Assembly: GCA_047601445.1 (NCBI GenBank)
Contig: JASGJH010000001.1
Span: forward strand, 3,200,001-3,264,000
Reading direction: 5' to 3'
Length of the DNA stretch: 64,000 bases
Origin: Myxococcales bacterium
GTDB taxonomy: Bacteria; Myxococcota_A; Polyangia; Polyangiales; DASUME01
The notes under the pieces were generated by a model. That model was not told where the DNA came from. It worked only from the letters and a program-made list of their open reading frames with translations, and made no database searches. Below, piece by piece: positions 20,246 to 31,800 of this stretch (the first letter of the stretch is position 1; each line of letters begins with the position of its first letter). A program made the translations under genes and the position numbers.

Positions 20246-20284
20246 CGGCGCCCATCTTACTGCGCGCCGGGGGGGCGTCTACTG

Positions 20285-21139
20285 TCAGGGCATTTGGCGC
20301 TTGGCATCGACGATCCCGCGGGCGAGCCGCGCGGCCTCGAGCACCAGATGCCCCATCTTGCCGTGGGCAGGCTCGAAGTCGGGCTGCAACTCCAGGTTTC
20401 GCACCCCTTCGGTGCAACTCGGCCCCACCGACCCCAGCGCACAGCGCCGCAGCGCGAGACGCAACTCGCTCTCGCAGCCCATGCGCTCGGCCACCTCGAG
20501 CAGGCTCCCCGCCTGCGGGGCCGAGGTGAACAACACAACCTCGACCGTCCCCGCACAGATGGCCTGGATGACCCGCTCGAGCGGCCCGAGGTCATCCGGC
20601 AACTGCCAGCGGTAAACGGGCACCTGCATCACCTGCACACCACGCTCCGTGAGAGCCCGTGTGAGCTGCTCGTGCGGGACGCCGTACTGCTGGAGCGCCA
20701 GGCGCTTGCCGGACAGCGAGGTGTGAGCTTCGAGCACGCTCAGCAGGGTCTGCCAGGTGTGGGGCTCGGGCGCTGCCACCTGCGGCGTGACGCCGATCTC
20801 ACGCAGAGCCCGCACCGCCTTGGGCCCACGGGCGGCCACCAAAATGCCGCGCAGGCGCTCGGCGAACTCGTCCACGCCCATGCGCGCGGCTACCAGCTGA
20901 ACCAGCTTGCGATTGCCGACCCCGGTCAGCACCAGCAACCCATCCAGGCTGCCCGCTCGCAGCGCGTCGATAAACGTCTGCACCTCCGGCCCGAGGTCGA
21001 GCGGCGCTTCCACGAGGCTCGGTCCCACCAGGGGTTCAGCGCCCTGCTTGCGCACCAGGTTGGCGAACTCCTCCGAAAAGCGCGTCTCGAAGATCGCCAC
21101 GCGCATGCCCTTGAGTCCCTCGGATTCCGGCCGGTTCAT
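20285..21139 (-). CDS. hemD: Uroporphyrinogen-III synthase
   Basis: LTGVG, ARGPKA, VPVYRW, FTSAPQ, SVGPSC; hem operon context. Confidence 0.85.
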   Translation of the reverse strand: MNRPESEGLKGMRVAIFETRFSEEFANLVRKQGAEPLVGPSLVEAPLDLGPEVQTFIDALRAGSLDGLLVLTGVGNRKLVQLVAARMGVDEFAERLRGILVAARGPKAVRALREIGVTPQVAAPEPHTWQTLLSVLEAHTSLSGKRLALQQYGVPHEQLTRALTERGVQVMQVPVYRWQLPDDLGPLERVIQAICAGTVEVVLFTSAPQAGSLLEVAERMGCESELRLALRRCALGSVGPSCTEGVRNLELQPDFEPAHGKMGHLVLEAARLARGIVDAKRQMP

Positions 21140-21178
21140 GCGGCAAGCCTGACCACTCCGGGCGCGCTTGGCCAGCGG

Positions 21179-22585
21179 TCACATGGCGATCGGTGGGTCG
21201 AACGGCTCGTTCAAGAGCTGGGCGCGCACCGCCGACATCAAGAAGATGGAGCCCGCCGCGACCACCAGCCCGCGCTTGCCTGCCAGACGTCGAGCGCGGC
21301 CCAGGGCCCGCAACGGATCCTGGACGGCAAGGCCCCCCCAGCGGGCCGAGAGCTCCCGGGCAGGCAGCGCGCGCTGCGTGCCTGGGGTCGCGAACACCAC
21401 CTTGTCCACCTGCGGCAAGAGCAGCTCCAGCATCGCCTGGTGGTCCTTGTCTGCGAGCACCCCGAACAAGAGCACGACGCGCGCGTAGCGCTCGCGCAGG
21501 GACCGCAAGTGATCGGCCAGCGCACGCGCCGCATCCGGGTTGTGCGCGGCGTCCAACAGCACGCTCGGGGCGCCCGCGATCAGCTCGAGCCGACCTGGCC
21601 AACGCACCGCGCGCAAGCCCCGCCGCAGCGCAGCTTCCGGCAGCGCAAACCCGCGCCGACGCAGCACGTCGAGCGCCGCGAGCGCGCAGGCCAGATTGTC
21701 GGCCTGATAGTCGCCCGCCAGCGGCAGTGCGACGGATTCGAGCTCGTTGTCGCCGACCCGTACCGCATATCCGCGCGGCCCGCGCTGGGCCTCGAAGTCG
21801 CGCCCGATCTGGAAGAGCGGTGCTCCCTTGCTCCTGGCGCGAGCTCGGATCACGCGCAGGGCCGCGGGGTCGCGCACCGCGCTCACCAGCGGCACCTTGG
21901 CCTTGATGATACCCGCCTTCTCGCCCGCGATCTTCGCGATGGAGGAGCCGAGCCTGTCCGCATGGTCCATGGCGATGCACGTGATCACGCTGACCTCGGG
22001 CGTCACCACGTTGGTGGCGTCGAGGCGTCCGCCCAGCCCCACCTCGAGCACCACGACGTCGCAGCGCTGATCTCGAAACAGCTCGAACGCGATCAGCGTG
22101 CAGACCTCGAAAAAGGTCAGCGGCGGCGTGTCCGGGTGCTCCAGCCAGGGCGCGAGTGCGCTCACGCGCCGCGCGAGCTCGCGCTCCGAGATGGGGCGCC
22201 CACCGACGCGAAAGCGCTCCACCATGCGATGCAGATGGGGCGACGTGTAGAGACCCACCTTGAGCCCGCTGGCGCGCAAGGTGGCCGCGAGCATGGCCGC
22301 CACGCTGCCCTTACCGTTGGTACCCGCCACCAACAGCGATCGAAAGGCGCGCTCGGGATGCCCGCGTTGCGCGAGCGCGCGCTCCATGCGCTCGAGCCCG
22401 AGCTGCACCCCGCGGGGAGCCAGGGCGTAGAGATAGCGGGTCGCTTCCGTGTAGTCGAAGGCGCGGCCAGGCAGTGCTGGCACGGGCAGCACTCGGGATT
22501 GCGCTCCTCGCGTACCCTTCCGAGCGCGCCCTTCCCGCGAACGCTCTCGAGTCCGCTCGACGCGCGAACGCCCCCGAGGGCGCAC
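21179..22585 (-). CDS. folC: Folylpolyglutamate synthase/dihydrofolate synthase (start uncertain)
   Basis: VAGTNGKGS, YTSPHL, EVGLGGRLDATNV, WPGRLE, DAAHNP; follows accD. Confidence 0.93.
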   Translation of the reverse strand: MRPRGRSRVERTRERSREGRARKGTRGAQSRVLPVPALPGRAFDYTEATRYLYALAPRGVQLGLERMERALAQRGHPERAFRSLLVAGTNGKGSVAAMLAATLRASGLKVGLYTSPHLHRMVERFRVGGRPISERELARRVSALAPWLEHPDTPPLTFFEVCTLIAFELFRDQRCDVVVLEVGLGGRLDATNVVTPEVSVITCIAMDHADRLGSSIAKIAGEKAGIIKAKVPLVSAVRDPAALRVIRARARSKGAPLFQIGRDFEAQRGPRGYAVRVGDNELESVALPLAGDYQADNLACALAALDVLRRRGFALPEAALRRGLRAVRWPGRLELIAGAPSVLLDAAHNPDAARALADHLRSLRERYARVVLLFGVLADKDHQAMLELLLPQVDKVVFATPGTQRALPARELSARWGGLAVQDPLRALGRARRLAGKRGLVVAAGSIFLMSAVRAQLLNEPFDPPIAM

Positions 22586-22587
22586 GG

Positions 22588-23427
22588 TCAGTCCAGCAGG
22601 TGAGCGAGCAGCCGAGCCACGTTGGCTCGCATCTGCTTTCGCTCACTGATCAGGTCGATCATGCCGTGCTCGACCAGGAACTCCGAACGCTGGAAGCCCT
22701 CGGGCAACTTCTGACGGATGGTGTTCTCGATCACGCGCGGACCGGCGAAGCCGATCAAGGCGCGCGGCTCGGCGATGTTCACGTCCCCCAGCAGCGCGAA
22801 GCTGGCGGCCACACCGCCCGTGGTGGGGTTGAGGCAGATGCTGAAGAACGGCATCCGCACGTCGCGCAGACGGCCGAGCGCCGATACCGTCTTGCCCATC
22901 TGCATGAGGGACATCACGCCCTCCTGCATGCGCGCACCGCCCGACGCCGAGAGCAGAATCACCGGCTGCTTGAGGTCCACGCCGCGCTCGAACATGCGCG
23001 TGATCTTCTCGCCGACCACCGAGCCCATTGAGCCGCCCATATAACGGAACATGAACGTGCCGAGCTGCACGTTGCGGCCTTCGATTTGCCCCTGACCGCT
23101 CAGGAACGCGTCCTTGAGGCCCGTGGTCTTTTGCGCCCCGCGGATGCGGTCGGCGTAGCGCTTGGAGTCGTTGAAGCCGAGGAAGTCCTTGGCCGCCAAA
23201 GAGGGGTCGCGCTCGTCGAAGGAGCCCGGGTCGCACAGGAGCTCCATCCAGGCTTCGCCACTGAGCGGGTAATGGTGGTTGCACTGGGGACACACCTCGA
23301 GATTCGCGGTGAAATCCTCGGCGGTGCCCTGCACGCCGCACTCGGTGCAGCGTCGAAAGACGCCGGCGCCTAGGGTGCGCTTCTCGGAGGCGTCCTGATC
23401 CGGACGGTTTTTGCTGAACCAACCCAT
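22588..23427 (-). CDS. accD: Acetyl-CoA carboxylase carboxyltransferase beta subunit
   Basis: CxxC...CPQC zinc finger, MGGSMGSVVGEK, SGGARMQEG, GFAGPRVIE. Confidence 0.95.
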   Translation of the reverse strand: MGWFSKNRPDQDASEKRTLGAGVFRRCTECGVQGTAEDFTANLEVCPQCNHHYPLSGEAWMELLCDPGSFDERDPSLAAKDFLGFNDSKRYADRIRGAQKTTGLKDAFLSGQGQIEGRNVQLGTFMFRYMGGSMGSVVGEKITRMFERGVDLKQPVILLSASGGARMQEGVMSLMQMGKTVSALGRLRDVRMPFFSICLNPTTGGVAASFALLGDVNIAEPRALIGFAGPRVIENTIRQKLPEGFQRSEFLVEHGMIDLISERKQMRANVARLLAHLLD

Positions 23428-23443
23428 CGCTAAACCGCGCTCT

Positions 23444-24214
23444 CTAGCACCCGGCCACGATCACCGCTAGGTGTCGCCCGGCCCGGCTTCCGTCGCGCCG
23501 AAAAGAGAAAAAGTGCTGCGCGTCCGCATATGTGCAGCCACCCACAGTTTCTACGTGCGCCGCCGTGAGTCCTGCTTGCTCGAGCTGCGCGCGAACTGCG
23601 AGCCCCAGGTCCGCGTGGGGCCGGGGTTCGCGCGGAATGACCACCCGGACGCCTGCGGGCACCGCCCGAGCGAGGGCCTCGGCGACCTCGGGCCCGACTT
23701 CGAAGGCCTCGGGTCCAATGTGGGGACCTACCGCGGCTAACAAGCGCTCGGCCTTCCCCCCGCCGTGGGTCAGAAGCTTCCGCACCGCCTCCTGGACGAT
23801 GCCGGCCACCACGCCGCGCCATCCCGCGTGGATTGCCAAGACCGCCCCCGTCTCGGGGTCGCCCACCAAAATCGGCACGCAATCGGCTATCCGAATGCCG
23901 ATCGCCTGACCTGGCACCGAAGCCAGCAAGGCATCCGCTTCGCGTGCCCGGAACTGCTGCGGCGGCACGCCGGCCTCGGCGACGGCCACCTCCGAGCCGT
24001 GCACCTGACTGACCTCGAAGAGCGCTTCGGCCTGGTAATCGAGCTCGGCCGCCAGGCGCCGGTGGTTCTCGGCCACCGCCTGTGGGTCGTCCCCCACGTT
24101 GCGCGCGAGGTTCAGGTCGGAGAAGGGCGCCGCGCTGACGCCCCCCCGTCGGAGCGTGAACCCGTGACGAAAACCAGCCTCGCCGAGGAGCTTCGCGCGC
24201 AGACAGAGGGACAC
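23444..24214 (-). CDS. pgeF: PgeF/YfiH peptidoglycan-editing factor (purine nucleoside phosphorylase-like)
   Basis: FTLRRGGVS, QVHG, ADCVPIL, HAGWRG, FFSFRR. Confidence 0.9.
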   Translation of the reverse strand: MSLCLRAKLLGEAGFRHGFTLRRGGVSAAPFSDLNLARNVGDDPQAVAENHRRLAAELDYQAEALFEVSQVHGSEVAVAEAGVPPQQFRAREADALLASVPGQAIGIRIADCVPILVGDPETGAVLAIHAGWRGVVAGIVQEAVRKLLTHGGGKAERLLAAVGPHIGPEAFEVGPEVAEALARAVPAGVRVVIPREPRPHADLGLAVRAQLEQAGLTAAHVETVGGCTYADAQHFFSFRRDGSRAGRHLAVIVAGC

Positions 24215-24258
24215 CCGTGCTTGTCTAACACGAAGACGCGCGATACGTACGGCGCGAC

Positions 24259-24684
24259 ATGGCACTTCAGTTCCCCTCGGCCCCCTGGGCCAACGCCTAC
24301 AAGGACGCGATCAACCAGAACGCGCTCTACAAGAAGTCGGCTGCCAACTGGGATCAGGGGGCGATCGCACTGGTCTGCCAGGCTGCCCCCGAATTCGGCG
24401 TGCCCACGGCCGTGGGCATCGTGCTGGATCTCATCCACGGTGAATGCCGCGGCGTCGTGTACACCGAAGAGCGCAGCGTCATCGACGCCACGCCCTTCGT
24501 GATCGAAGCCAGCTACGCGCAGTGGAAGGCCGTGATGCGCGGCGAGACCGATCCGATCCGCGCCATGCTGCAGGGCCAGCTGAAGCTCTCCAAGGGTCAC
24601 TTGCCCACCATCATCAAGGACGTCGAAGGCTCCAAGCAGCTGGTCTTGAGCGCCTCCAAGATCGACACCGAGTTCCTCGGATGA
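24259..24684 (+). CDS. SCP2 sterol/lipid-binding domain protein
   Basis: FPSAPWA...W...DPIRAMLQGQLKL pattern typical of SCP2 proteins. Confidence 0.75.
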   Translation: MALQFPSAPWANAYKDAINQNALYKKSAANWDQGAIALVCQAAPEFGVPTAVGIVLDLIHGECRGVVYTEERSVIDATPFVIEASYAQWKAVMRGETDPIRAMLQGQLKLSKGHLPTIIKDVEGSKQLVLSASKIDTEFLG

Positions 24685-25121
24685 GCGGCGGCGAGCCAGC
24701 CATCGAGCTCTTTCCGGGCGCCGAGGAGCTGGCGTTCGCCACCATCATGGTGGACCTCATTCGCACGAACCTGGCCGATCGCCCGCCCAAGCGCCGGGAC
24801 TTCGAGGCCATGCGTGGTCGCGTAGCGCTGGTGGCCGAAGACATCGGATTGTCCATCACGCTGCGCTTCCAGCGAGGTCGCTTGAGCGTGCACCCAGGCC
24901 TGTTCGGCATCCCCAATCTGGTAGTACGCGGCCCGAGCAGCGCACTCATCGATTTGTCGCGCTTGCCACCGCACCCGCGGCTCAAGTTCCTGCCGGACCT
25001 GGGCTCCGACGTGGCGCGCGCTCTCGGCACGGCGCTGCGCGAGCGCAGCCTGCGGATCTACGGGCTCCTCGGCCACGCTGGCCTGGGCTTGCGTTTTGCT
25101 CGCGTGCTCTCCATCTATTGA
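24681..25121 (+). CDS. SCP2-like hypothetical protein
   Basis: ATGA-coupled to the previous gene; ITLRFQRGRLSV..PNLVVRG..LRIYG beta-rich pattern. Confidence 0.6.
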   Translation: MSGGEPAIELFPGAEELAFATIMVDLIRTNLADRPPKRRDFEAMRGRVALVAEDIGLSITLRFQRGRLSVHPGLFGIPNLVVRGPSSALIDLSRLPPHPRLKFLPDLGSDVARALGTALRERSLRIYGLLGHAGLGLRFARVLSIY

Positions 25122-25123
25122 GG

Positions 25124-25433
25124 ATGGAACTCGACTATCGGCACAGTTTCGCGCCCGACGAGGCCCGGGAGCGCGTACGCGCGCTGACGGACTATCTGTC
25201 GAACAAGCACGGCATGAAGGTCCAATGGACCGGTCCCGACACCGCCAAGGTGCAGGGCAAGTACACGGTCGTGAGCATCGAGGCGGAATCTCAAGCTCGA
25301 GAGCGGCCGCGTATGCGTTCAGGGCAAGGACCCTGGCTTCATGTGGCGCTTGCCAGCCAAGAAGTACATCGAGGGCAAGCTCGTGCAGTACCTGGACTCG
25401 AGCAAGCCGCTGGACATCCTCCCACGCACCTGA
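25124..25433 (+). CDS. Polyhydroxyalkanoic-acid-system (PHA_gran_rgn-like) protein with one +1 frameshift at about 25286-25290
   Basis: MELDYRHSFAPDEARERVRAL... continues after one-base repair as DLKLESGRVCVQGKDPGFMWRLPAKKYIEGKLVQYL; 102 aa. Confidence 0.65.
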
Positions 25434-25520
25434 GGAATCACGGGCCCGTCATCCCCGTGCCCGTGCCCGCCTTCTTCTTCTTCTTTCGAGCAGGGGGCCG
25501 TTGGCGCTCTGCGCCTCCGC

Positions 25521-25557
25521 AAAGCAAAAGGGCGACCGCTAACGCGGCCGCCCTTTT
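25521..25557. terminator. Bidirectional intrinsic terminator after tRNA-Leu
   Basis: aaaagggcg accgc taac gcggc cgcccttt t hairpin with A/T tracts on both sides. Confidence 0.7.
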
Positions 25558-25641
25558 GGTGCAGAAGAGAGGACTCGAACCTCCACGGGTTGCCCCACCA
25601 GATCCTTAGTCTGGCGCGTATGCCAATTCCGCCACTTCTGC
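25557..25641 (-). tRNA. tRNA-Leu, anticodon AAG as sequenced
   Basis: GCAGAAG/CTTCTGC acceptor, A73, CCA, long variable arm, anticodon stem CCAGA/TCTGG with loop CT-AAG-GA. Confidence 0.9.
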
Positions 25642-25679
25642 CTGCGTGTCCGGGTGTCCCCGGCTGAACAGTGGCCGCA

Positions 25680-25707
25680 ATCCTAGTGTGGAGCCCCCCG
25701 CTGTCAA
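25680..25707 (-). promoter_or_regulatory. Sigma70-type promoter of tRNA-Leu
   Basis: TTGACA-16 nt-TAGGAT on the minus strand. Confidence 0.7.
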
Positions 25708-25855
25708 GCCCGGGAGTCGTTTCAGTACGCGTCCTTGCCTCGCGACAGGTTCTTGACCTAGGCCCCCGAAAGATGCGCTGATTTTGGGTGTGCGTCGGCG
25801 GGGCCGGATCGGCCGTCCCAGACGCGGGCTGAGCCAGCCACATAGGGAGGGTGCC

Positions 25856-26215
25856 ATGTTCAAGGATGTGTTGCGCGACGTCGTGGAGCGCACCGATGGG
25901 GGGATCGCCGGCCTCCTGATGGGGTTCGACGGGATCCCGGTCGAAAACTACGTGAAGGGCGACCTCTCCGTGGATGTGGAGACTGTGGGCATGGAGTACA
26001 GCGTGATCCTCACGCAGATCATCAAGGCCGCGAAGATGCTGGAGGCCGGCGAGGCCCGCGAGGTCGCCATCCAGGCTGAGAAGGTCACCACGGTGATCCG
26101 CCTGCTCAACAAGGACTACTTCGTGGCCCTCACCATGGCCCCCCAGGGTAACTTCGGAAAGGGCCGCTTCCTGTTGCGCACCCTGACCCCCAAGCTGCTC
26201 GACGATCTGCTCTGA
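25856..26215 (+). CDS. mglC: Roadblock/LC7 protein, MglC-like
   Basis: Roadblock pattern (LMGFDGIPV...GNFGKGRFLLR); context upstream of accB-accC-TPR matches my recollection of the Myxococcus mglC locus. Confidence 0.7.
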   Translation: MFKDVLRDVVERTDGGIAGLLMGFDGIPVENYVKGDLSVDVETVGMEYSVILTQIIKAAKMLEAGEAREVAIQAEKVTTVIRLLNKDYFVALTMAPQGNFGKGRFLLRTLTPKLLDDLL

Positions 26216-26218
26216 GCC

Positions 26219-26680
26219 ATGACCCTCGCCAACGCCGCCGATCTCTCCGTTCTCGTCCTGCACGGCCCCAACCTCAACCTGTTGGGCACGCGTGAGCCCG
26301 AGGTCTACGGCTATCGCACGCTTGCCGACATCGATCGCGAGCTCACGGAGCTGGCCAAGAGCCTGGGCGTCACGCTCGAGTCCCTGCAATCGAACCATGA
26401 AGGCGTCTTGATCGACCGCATCCATGGTTCGCGCGGCAAGCACCAGGGCATCGTCATCAACCCGGGCGGGCTAACCCACACCTCGGTGGCCTTGCGCGAT
26501 GCCCTGCTCGGGGTGGGTCTCCCCGCGATCGAGGTCCATCTCAGCAACATCCACCGGCGCGAGGCCTTCCGACACACGTCGCTCACGGCCGCCGCCTGCG
26601 TGGGGTGCATCCTCGGGTTCGGCCCGAACAGCTATGCGCTCGGACTGCGCGCCCTGGTCGACCACCTGCGCTCCCAGTAG
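26219..26680 (+). CDS. aroQ: Type II 3-dehydroquinate dehydratase
   Basis: [39 protein letters not shown]. Confidence 0.95.
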   Translation: MTLANAADLSVLVLHGPNLNLLGTREPEVYGYRTLADIDRELTELAKSLGVTLESLQSNHEGVLIDRIHGSRGKHQGIVINPGGLTHTSVALRDALLGVGLPAIEVHLSNIHRREAFRHTSLTAAACVGCILGFGPNSYALGLRALVDHLRSQ

Positions 26681-26828
26681 CCGCCGCTCCGGGGGCCCGA
26701 GAGCCAGCGCTCGAGCGTTGGTTTTCCGGGGCGACCCCGAATCGGGATGCTACCTTGACGGCCGCGCGCCCCCGGGGTGCGCCCGCTGGCACGAGCCGGC
26801 GTATTTCGACCGAGGCGACCGAGGCTCC

Positions 26829-27305
<477 letters not shown>

Positions 27306-27313
27306 GAAGCCCG

Positions 27314-28642
27314 ATGTTCAAGAAGATCCTCATCGCCAATCGCGGGGAGATCGCCCTGCGCATCATCCGTGGCTGTCGCGAGCTCGGCATCCCCACCGTG
27401 GCGGTGCACAGCACCGCCGACTCCGAGGCGCTACACGTGCGCTTCGCCGACGAAGCCGTGTGCATCGGCCCGCCGCCCGCCAAGGAAAGCTACCTGCACG
27501 TGCCCGCCATCATCGCCGCCGCCGAGATCAGCGGCGCGGATGCGGTACACCCCGGCTACGGCTTTCTCTCCGAGAACGCCGAGTTCGCCGACATTTGCAA
27601 GCAGTGCGGGTTGACCTTCATCGGACCCACCCCCGACAACATGCAGAACTGGGGCGACAAGGTGACCGCGCGCAAGAACGCGGTGCGCCTGGGCTTGCCG
27701 CTGTTGCCCGGGTCGGGCGTCTTGAAGGACGTCGATGATGCGGTGGAGCAGGCCAAGCGCGTCGGCTTCCCCGTGATGCTCAAGGCCTCGGGTGGCGGCG
27801 GCGGACGCGGCATGCAGATCCTGCGCAACGAGGCCGACGTGCGCGGCGGCTTCGCCCGCGCCCAGGCCGAGGCCATCGCGGGCTTCAAGAACGGTGACCT
27901 CTACCTCGAGCGCTACATCGAGGAGCCACGCCACATCGAGTTCCAGGTGATGTGCGACGGCAAGGGCATGGCCATGGTGCTCGGCGAGCGTGAGTGCTCG
28001 ATCCAGCGCCGCCACCAGAAGCTGCTCGAGGAGGCTCCCTCCATCGCCGTCAGCGAGCAGCTGCGCAACGACATGGCGTCGACGATTTCACGGGCCATGC
28101 GCGACAGCAACTACGTCTCCCTCGGCACGCTCGAGTTCCTGATGGACGAAAAGGGCGAGCTCTACTTCATGGAGATGAACACGCGCATCCAGGTGGAACA
28201 CCCGGTGACCGAGATGGTCACGGGCGTGGACCTGGTGGCCGAGCAAATCCGCATCGCGGCGGGCGAGTCCCCGTCGTTCCCGGACAAGAGCGTCCAGCCC
28301 CGGGGCCACGCCATCGAGTGTCGCATCAATGCCGAGGACCCCGAGACGTTCGTGCCCTGGCCCGGCCTGATTACCCAATACCACTCGCCTGGCGGCGCCG
28401 GGGTGCGGGTCGACGACGGGGTCTATGGCGGCTACCGGGTGCCCGGCAACTACGACTCCCTGATCGCCAAGATCATCACCCACGGGCGCACCCGGCACGA
28501 AGCCATCGCCCGCATGCGGCGCGCCCTGTCCGAGACCATCATCTCCGGGATCCGCACCACCATTCCGGTCCACCAGCGGATTTTGGCCTCCGAGGACTAC
28601 GTTCGGGGCCAAGTCTCCACCCGTTTCCTCGAGCGTCTCTGA
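27314..28642 (+). CDS. accC: Biotin carboxylase
   Basis: [42 protein letters not shown]. Confidence 0.96.
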   Translation: MFKKILIANRGEIALRIIRGCRELGIPTVAVHSTADSEALHVRFADEAVCIGPPPAKESYLHVPAIIAAAEISGADAVHPGYGFLSENAEFADICKQCGLTFIGPTPDNMQNWGDKVTARKNAVRLGLPLLPGSGVLKDVDDAVEQAKRVGFPVMLKASGGGGGRGMQILRNEADVRGGFARAQAEAIAGFKNGDLYLERYIEEPRHIEFQVMCDGKGMAMVLGERECSIQRRHQKLLEEAPSIAVSEQLRNDMASTISRAMRDSNYVSLGTLEFLMDEKGELYFMEMNTRIQVEHPVTEMVTGVDLVAEQIRIAAGESPSFPDKSVQPRGHAIECRINAEDPETFVPWPGLITQYHSPGGAGVRVDDGVYGGYRVPGNYDSLIAKIITHGRTRHEAIARMRRALSETIISGIRTTIPVHQRILASEDYVRGQVSTRFLERL

Positions 28643-28895
28643 GCTAGCCGGGGGCCGGACCGCCCGCCCGCGGCTAGCTCCGTTTCTCGGCGCGCTGCCC
28701 CTCGAGTGCGCCGGAGCCGGGGGCGGGACGCGAGGCGATGGCGCCGGAACGGTGCTCAACCCTACGACTCCGCACGCTTTTCAGCCGAGTCGCAAGGCTT
28801 GACCCGGCGTCGATCGACGACCTACACTGGGGGCCTGGGAGCACGGTCCGTGTGTTCGGACGGGGGCACAAGGCGAGGCTGCCAGCAAAGGTCCT

Positions 28896-31800
28896 GTGGC
28901 GGTTAATCGCACAAAAGTTCTGGAAGCCGCGCAAAAGTTCCTTTCCAAGAACCAGTACGACAAGGCGATCGCCGAGTACCAGAAGCTGGTCGCGGAGGAC
29001 CCGCGCGACGTTCGCACGTTGCTCAAGATCGGTGATCTCCACACGCGCCGGAACAAGCCCAAGGACGCCATCGATGTCTACCTGCAGGTCGCGGAGCTCT
29101 ACGCGAAGCAGGGCTTCTTTCTGAAGGCCGTCGCCGTCTACAAGCAGATCCTCAAGCTCGAGCCCGCACACCTCGAATCGTCCCAGCGGCTCGCGAAGAT
29201 GTACGAAGAGCTCGGGCTCACCAACGACGCGCTCACCACCTACGAGCAAGTCGCAGACGCCTATTCGCGCGAAGGAGCCATCCCCAAGGCGCTCGAGACC
29301 ATGGAGCGCATGGTGGAGCTCGACGGCGGCAACGTGGCCGTGCGTATCAAGTACGCCGAGGCCCTCTCGCGCGCCGATCGACCGCGCGACGCCGCGCTGG
29401 CGTTCGCCGCCGGTGCCCGCTTGCTGAAGGAGCAGGGGCGCATGGACGACTATCTCCGGGTGGTGGAGCGCCAGCTCTATCACGACCCGGAGAACGTGCA
29501 GATCGCCCGTGAGCTGTCGAGCTTGTACCTGGAGCGCTCCGATCCCAAGCGCGCGCTGGCCAAGCTGCAGATCTGCTTCAAGGCCGATCCGCGCGACGTG
29601 GCCACCCTGGAGATGTTGGCCGAAGCATTCCGGCAGTTGGGCCAGGTGCCCAAGACGGTCAGCGTGTTCAAGGAGATCGCGCGCCTGCACGGCGAACTCG
29701 GGGCCCACGAGGCGAAGCGGCGCACCCTGGAGCGCGCCCTGGAGCTCGACCCGAGCGACGCGGAGGCAAAGCAGGCGCTGGCGGGCATGGGTTCGCTGGG
29801 TATGCCGGCCGCTGCGGCCAAGCCTGCCAAGCCTGCCAAGCCGGTCGCGCCCGTGGTCGAGGCCGAGGACGACGACGAGGTGGAGCTCGACCTGGACGCC
29901 AGCGAAGAGTCGGCGCAGGAGCTCGATGACTTCGTCGAAGATGAAGACGACGACGACGTCCTCCTGATCGACGAAGAGAGCTCCGCCGCGGTATCGGCGC
30001 CGGGCCACGAGTCACCCGAGCACCTGCTCGAACGTGCCGACGAGCTCGAGGCCGCCGGCAAGTACGACGAGGCCGAGCGGACCATCCAGAAGATCCTGCA
30101 GCAGCGCCCCGATCACGAAGATGCTCATGAGCGCCTGAAAGATCTCTATCTCGCCACCGATCGCCGAGACGACGCGGTGCGCGAGCTGCTTTGGCTCTCC
30201 GACGTGCTCACCGAGACGCAGCCCGAGCGCGCCGTGCAGCACGCGCGCACGGCCTACGACTTGGCGCCCGACTCGGACACCACGCGCAATCGCCTGCGCG
30301 CACTGGGAGTCAACGTGGAGCTCGAGTCCGATGGGCTCGGCTTCAGTCCCCCCTCCGAGCCCGCCACCAACGCCGACGAAGACGTGATGTTCTTCGACGA
30401 GCCCGGCACCTCCGACGTGACCTCCAGCGTCACCTCCTCGGACGACCTGCGCGATGCGGCCGACGACGAGCTGGATGCCATCTTGCCGCCCGTCAGCATG
30501 TCGCCTCCGGCGGCTGCCGAAGTGGTGCGCCCGGCCGCGCGCATGGGCAGCGCGCCGCCTTCGCGCTTCGATGGCAACGCGCCCGCGGCCGATGTGCTCG
30601 AGATTGAATTGCGCCCAGAGGACTTCGATCGTGCGCCGCCGGTGCGCGTCGGTCCGATGGACGACGGGTTGTGGGCCTTGCTCGATCACCCGCTTACTCC
30701 GGACGAGTTCCGCCCCGGTCCTTCCCAGTGGCCCGAGCCGACCACGGTGGCTTCCGCGAACGAGATCGATCCGCTCGACGCGCCAATTTCCCCGGACGAG
30801 TTCGACGCTCCGCCCCCCGCACGCGAACGCCTGTCGGTTCGCCCTCGCCTCGACGCAGACGACCTGCTCGATCGCCCGCTGGACAACGACGACTTCGGCC
30901 TCAGCGATTCACGCTTCGAGCGCTCGGGCACGCTCGGAGTCGACGATTCGAGCGCCGGTCTGCGCACCAACCCGCCGCCCTCCTCGTCGGAGGCCGTGTC
31001 GTTCAACTCGTTCGAGGAGCTCGGCAGTAGCGAGATCACCGTCCCACCGCCCTCCGAAGAGGTGCCTGCCGGACCCTCGCGCGAAGCTCTGCTGGACGAC
31101 GCCGACCTCGACTCTGGCCACATCGCCGCTGCGCCTGACGCCACCGTGCCCGGCGCGCCCATCCCGGATCTGCTCTGGAAGAGCAGCGGGGAGCTCGACA
31201 CCGAAACCGACGACCACGGTGGTGGCACCACGCGCGATGAGCTGCCCACCGCCCCGCCCCCGCCGTCCGACTCCGAGCCGCCCTTCGAGTCGCTGCCGCC
31301 CCCGGCCGCCGTGCCGACCCCGATTCCCGCCGCGGCAGTCGCAGCTCCCGCGCCGCCAGCCGTGCCTGCGCCGCCGCCCGTCGCAGCCGTACCGGCGCCG
31401 GTTCCGCCCGCTCCCGTGGCCGCGCCTACTGCCGAAGCTCCGTTCGTGCCCGCCCGTGCGCCCGTTTCCGAGCCTGCGTTCGTGGCGGCCCGCCCCCCCT
31501 CGCCTGCACCGGCTCCCGCGTCCCCGTTCGTAGCGGCTCGTCCGCCCGCGCCGGCTCCGGCGGCCGAAGCCATCGCTCCGGAAATCGAAGAGGTACTCGA
31601 CGAAGCCGACTTCTTCGCCTCCCAGGGCATGATGGACGAGGCGCTCGAGGCGGTTCAGGAGGCCATCCTCATCTACCCGAACAGTCAGGCGCTACGCGCA
31701 CGGCTGCTCGAGTACGAGGCCAAGGCCGACGCACAGGAAATTGCCGAAGAACAGGCCGAGCAGGCCGAGCAGGCCGACGACAGCTTCGACATCGCCGAGC

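Noticed and set aside
20228..22603. 791 aa plus-strand ORF, and similar long shadow ORFs (41082-42692, 1462-2790, 59459-61222, 62333-63613)
   Set aside because: Antisense to well-supported genes; stop-poor mirror frames are expected in high-GC DNA and they have no motifs
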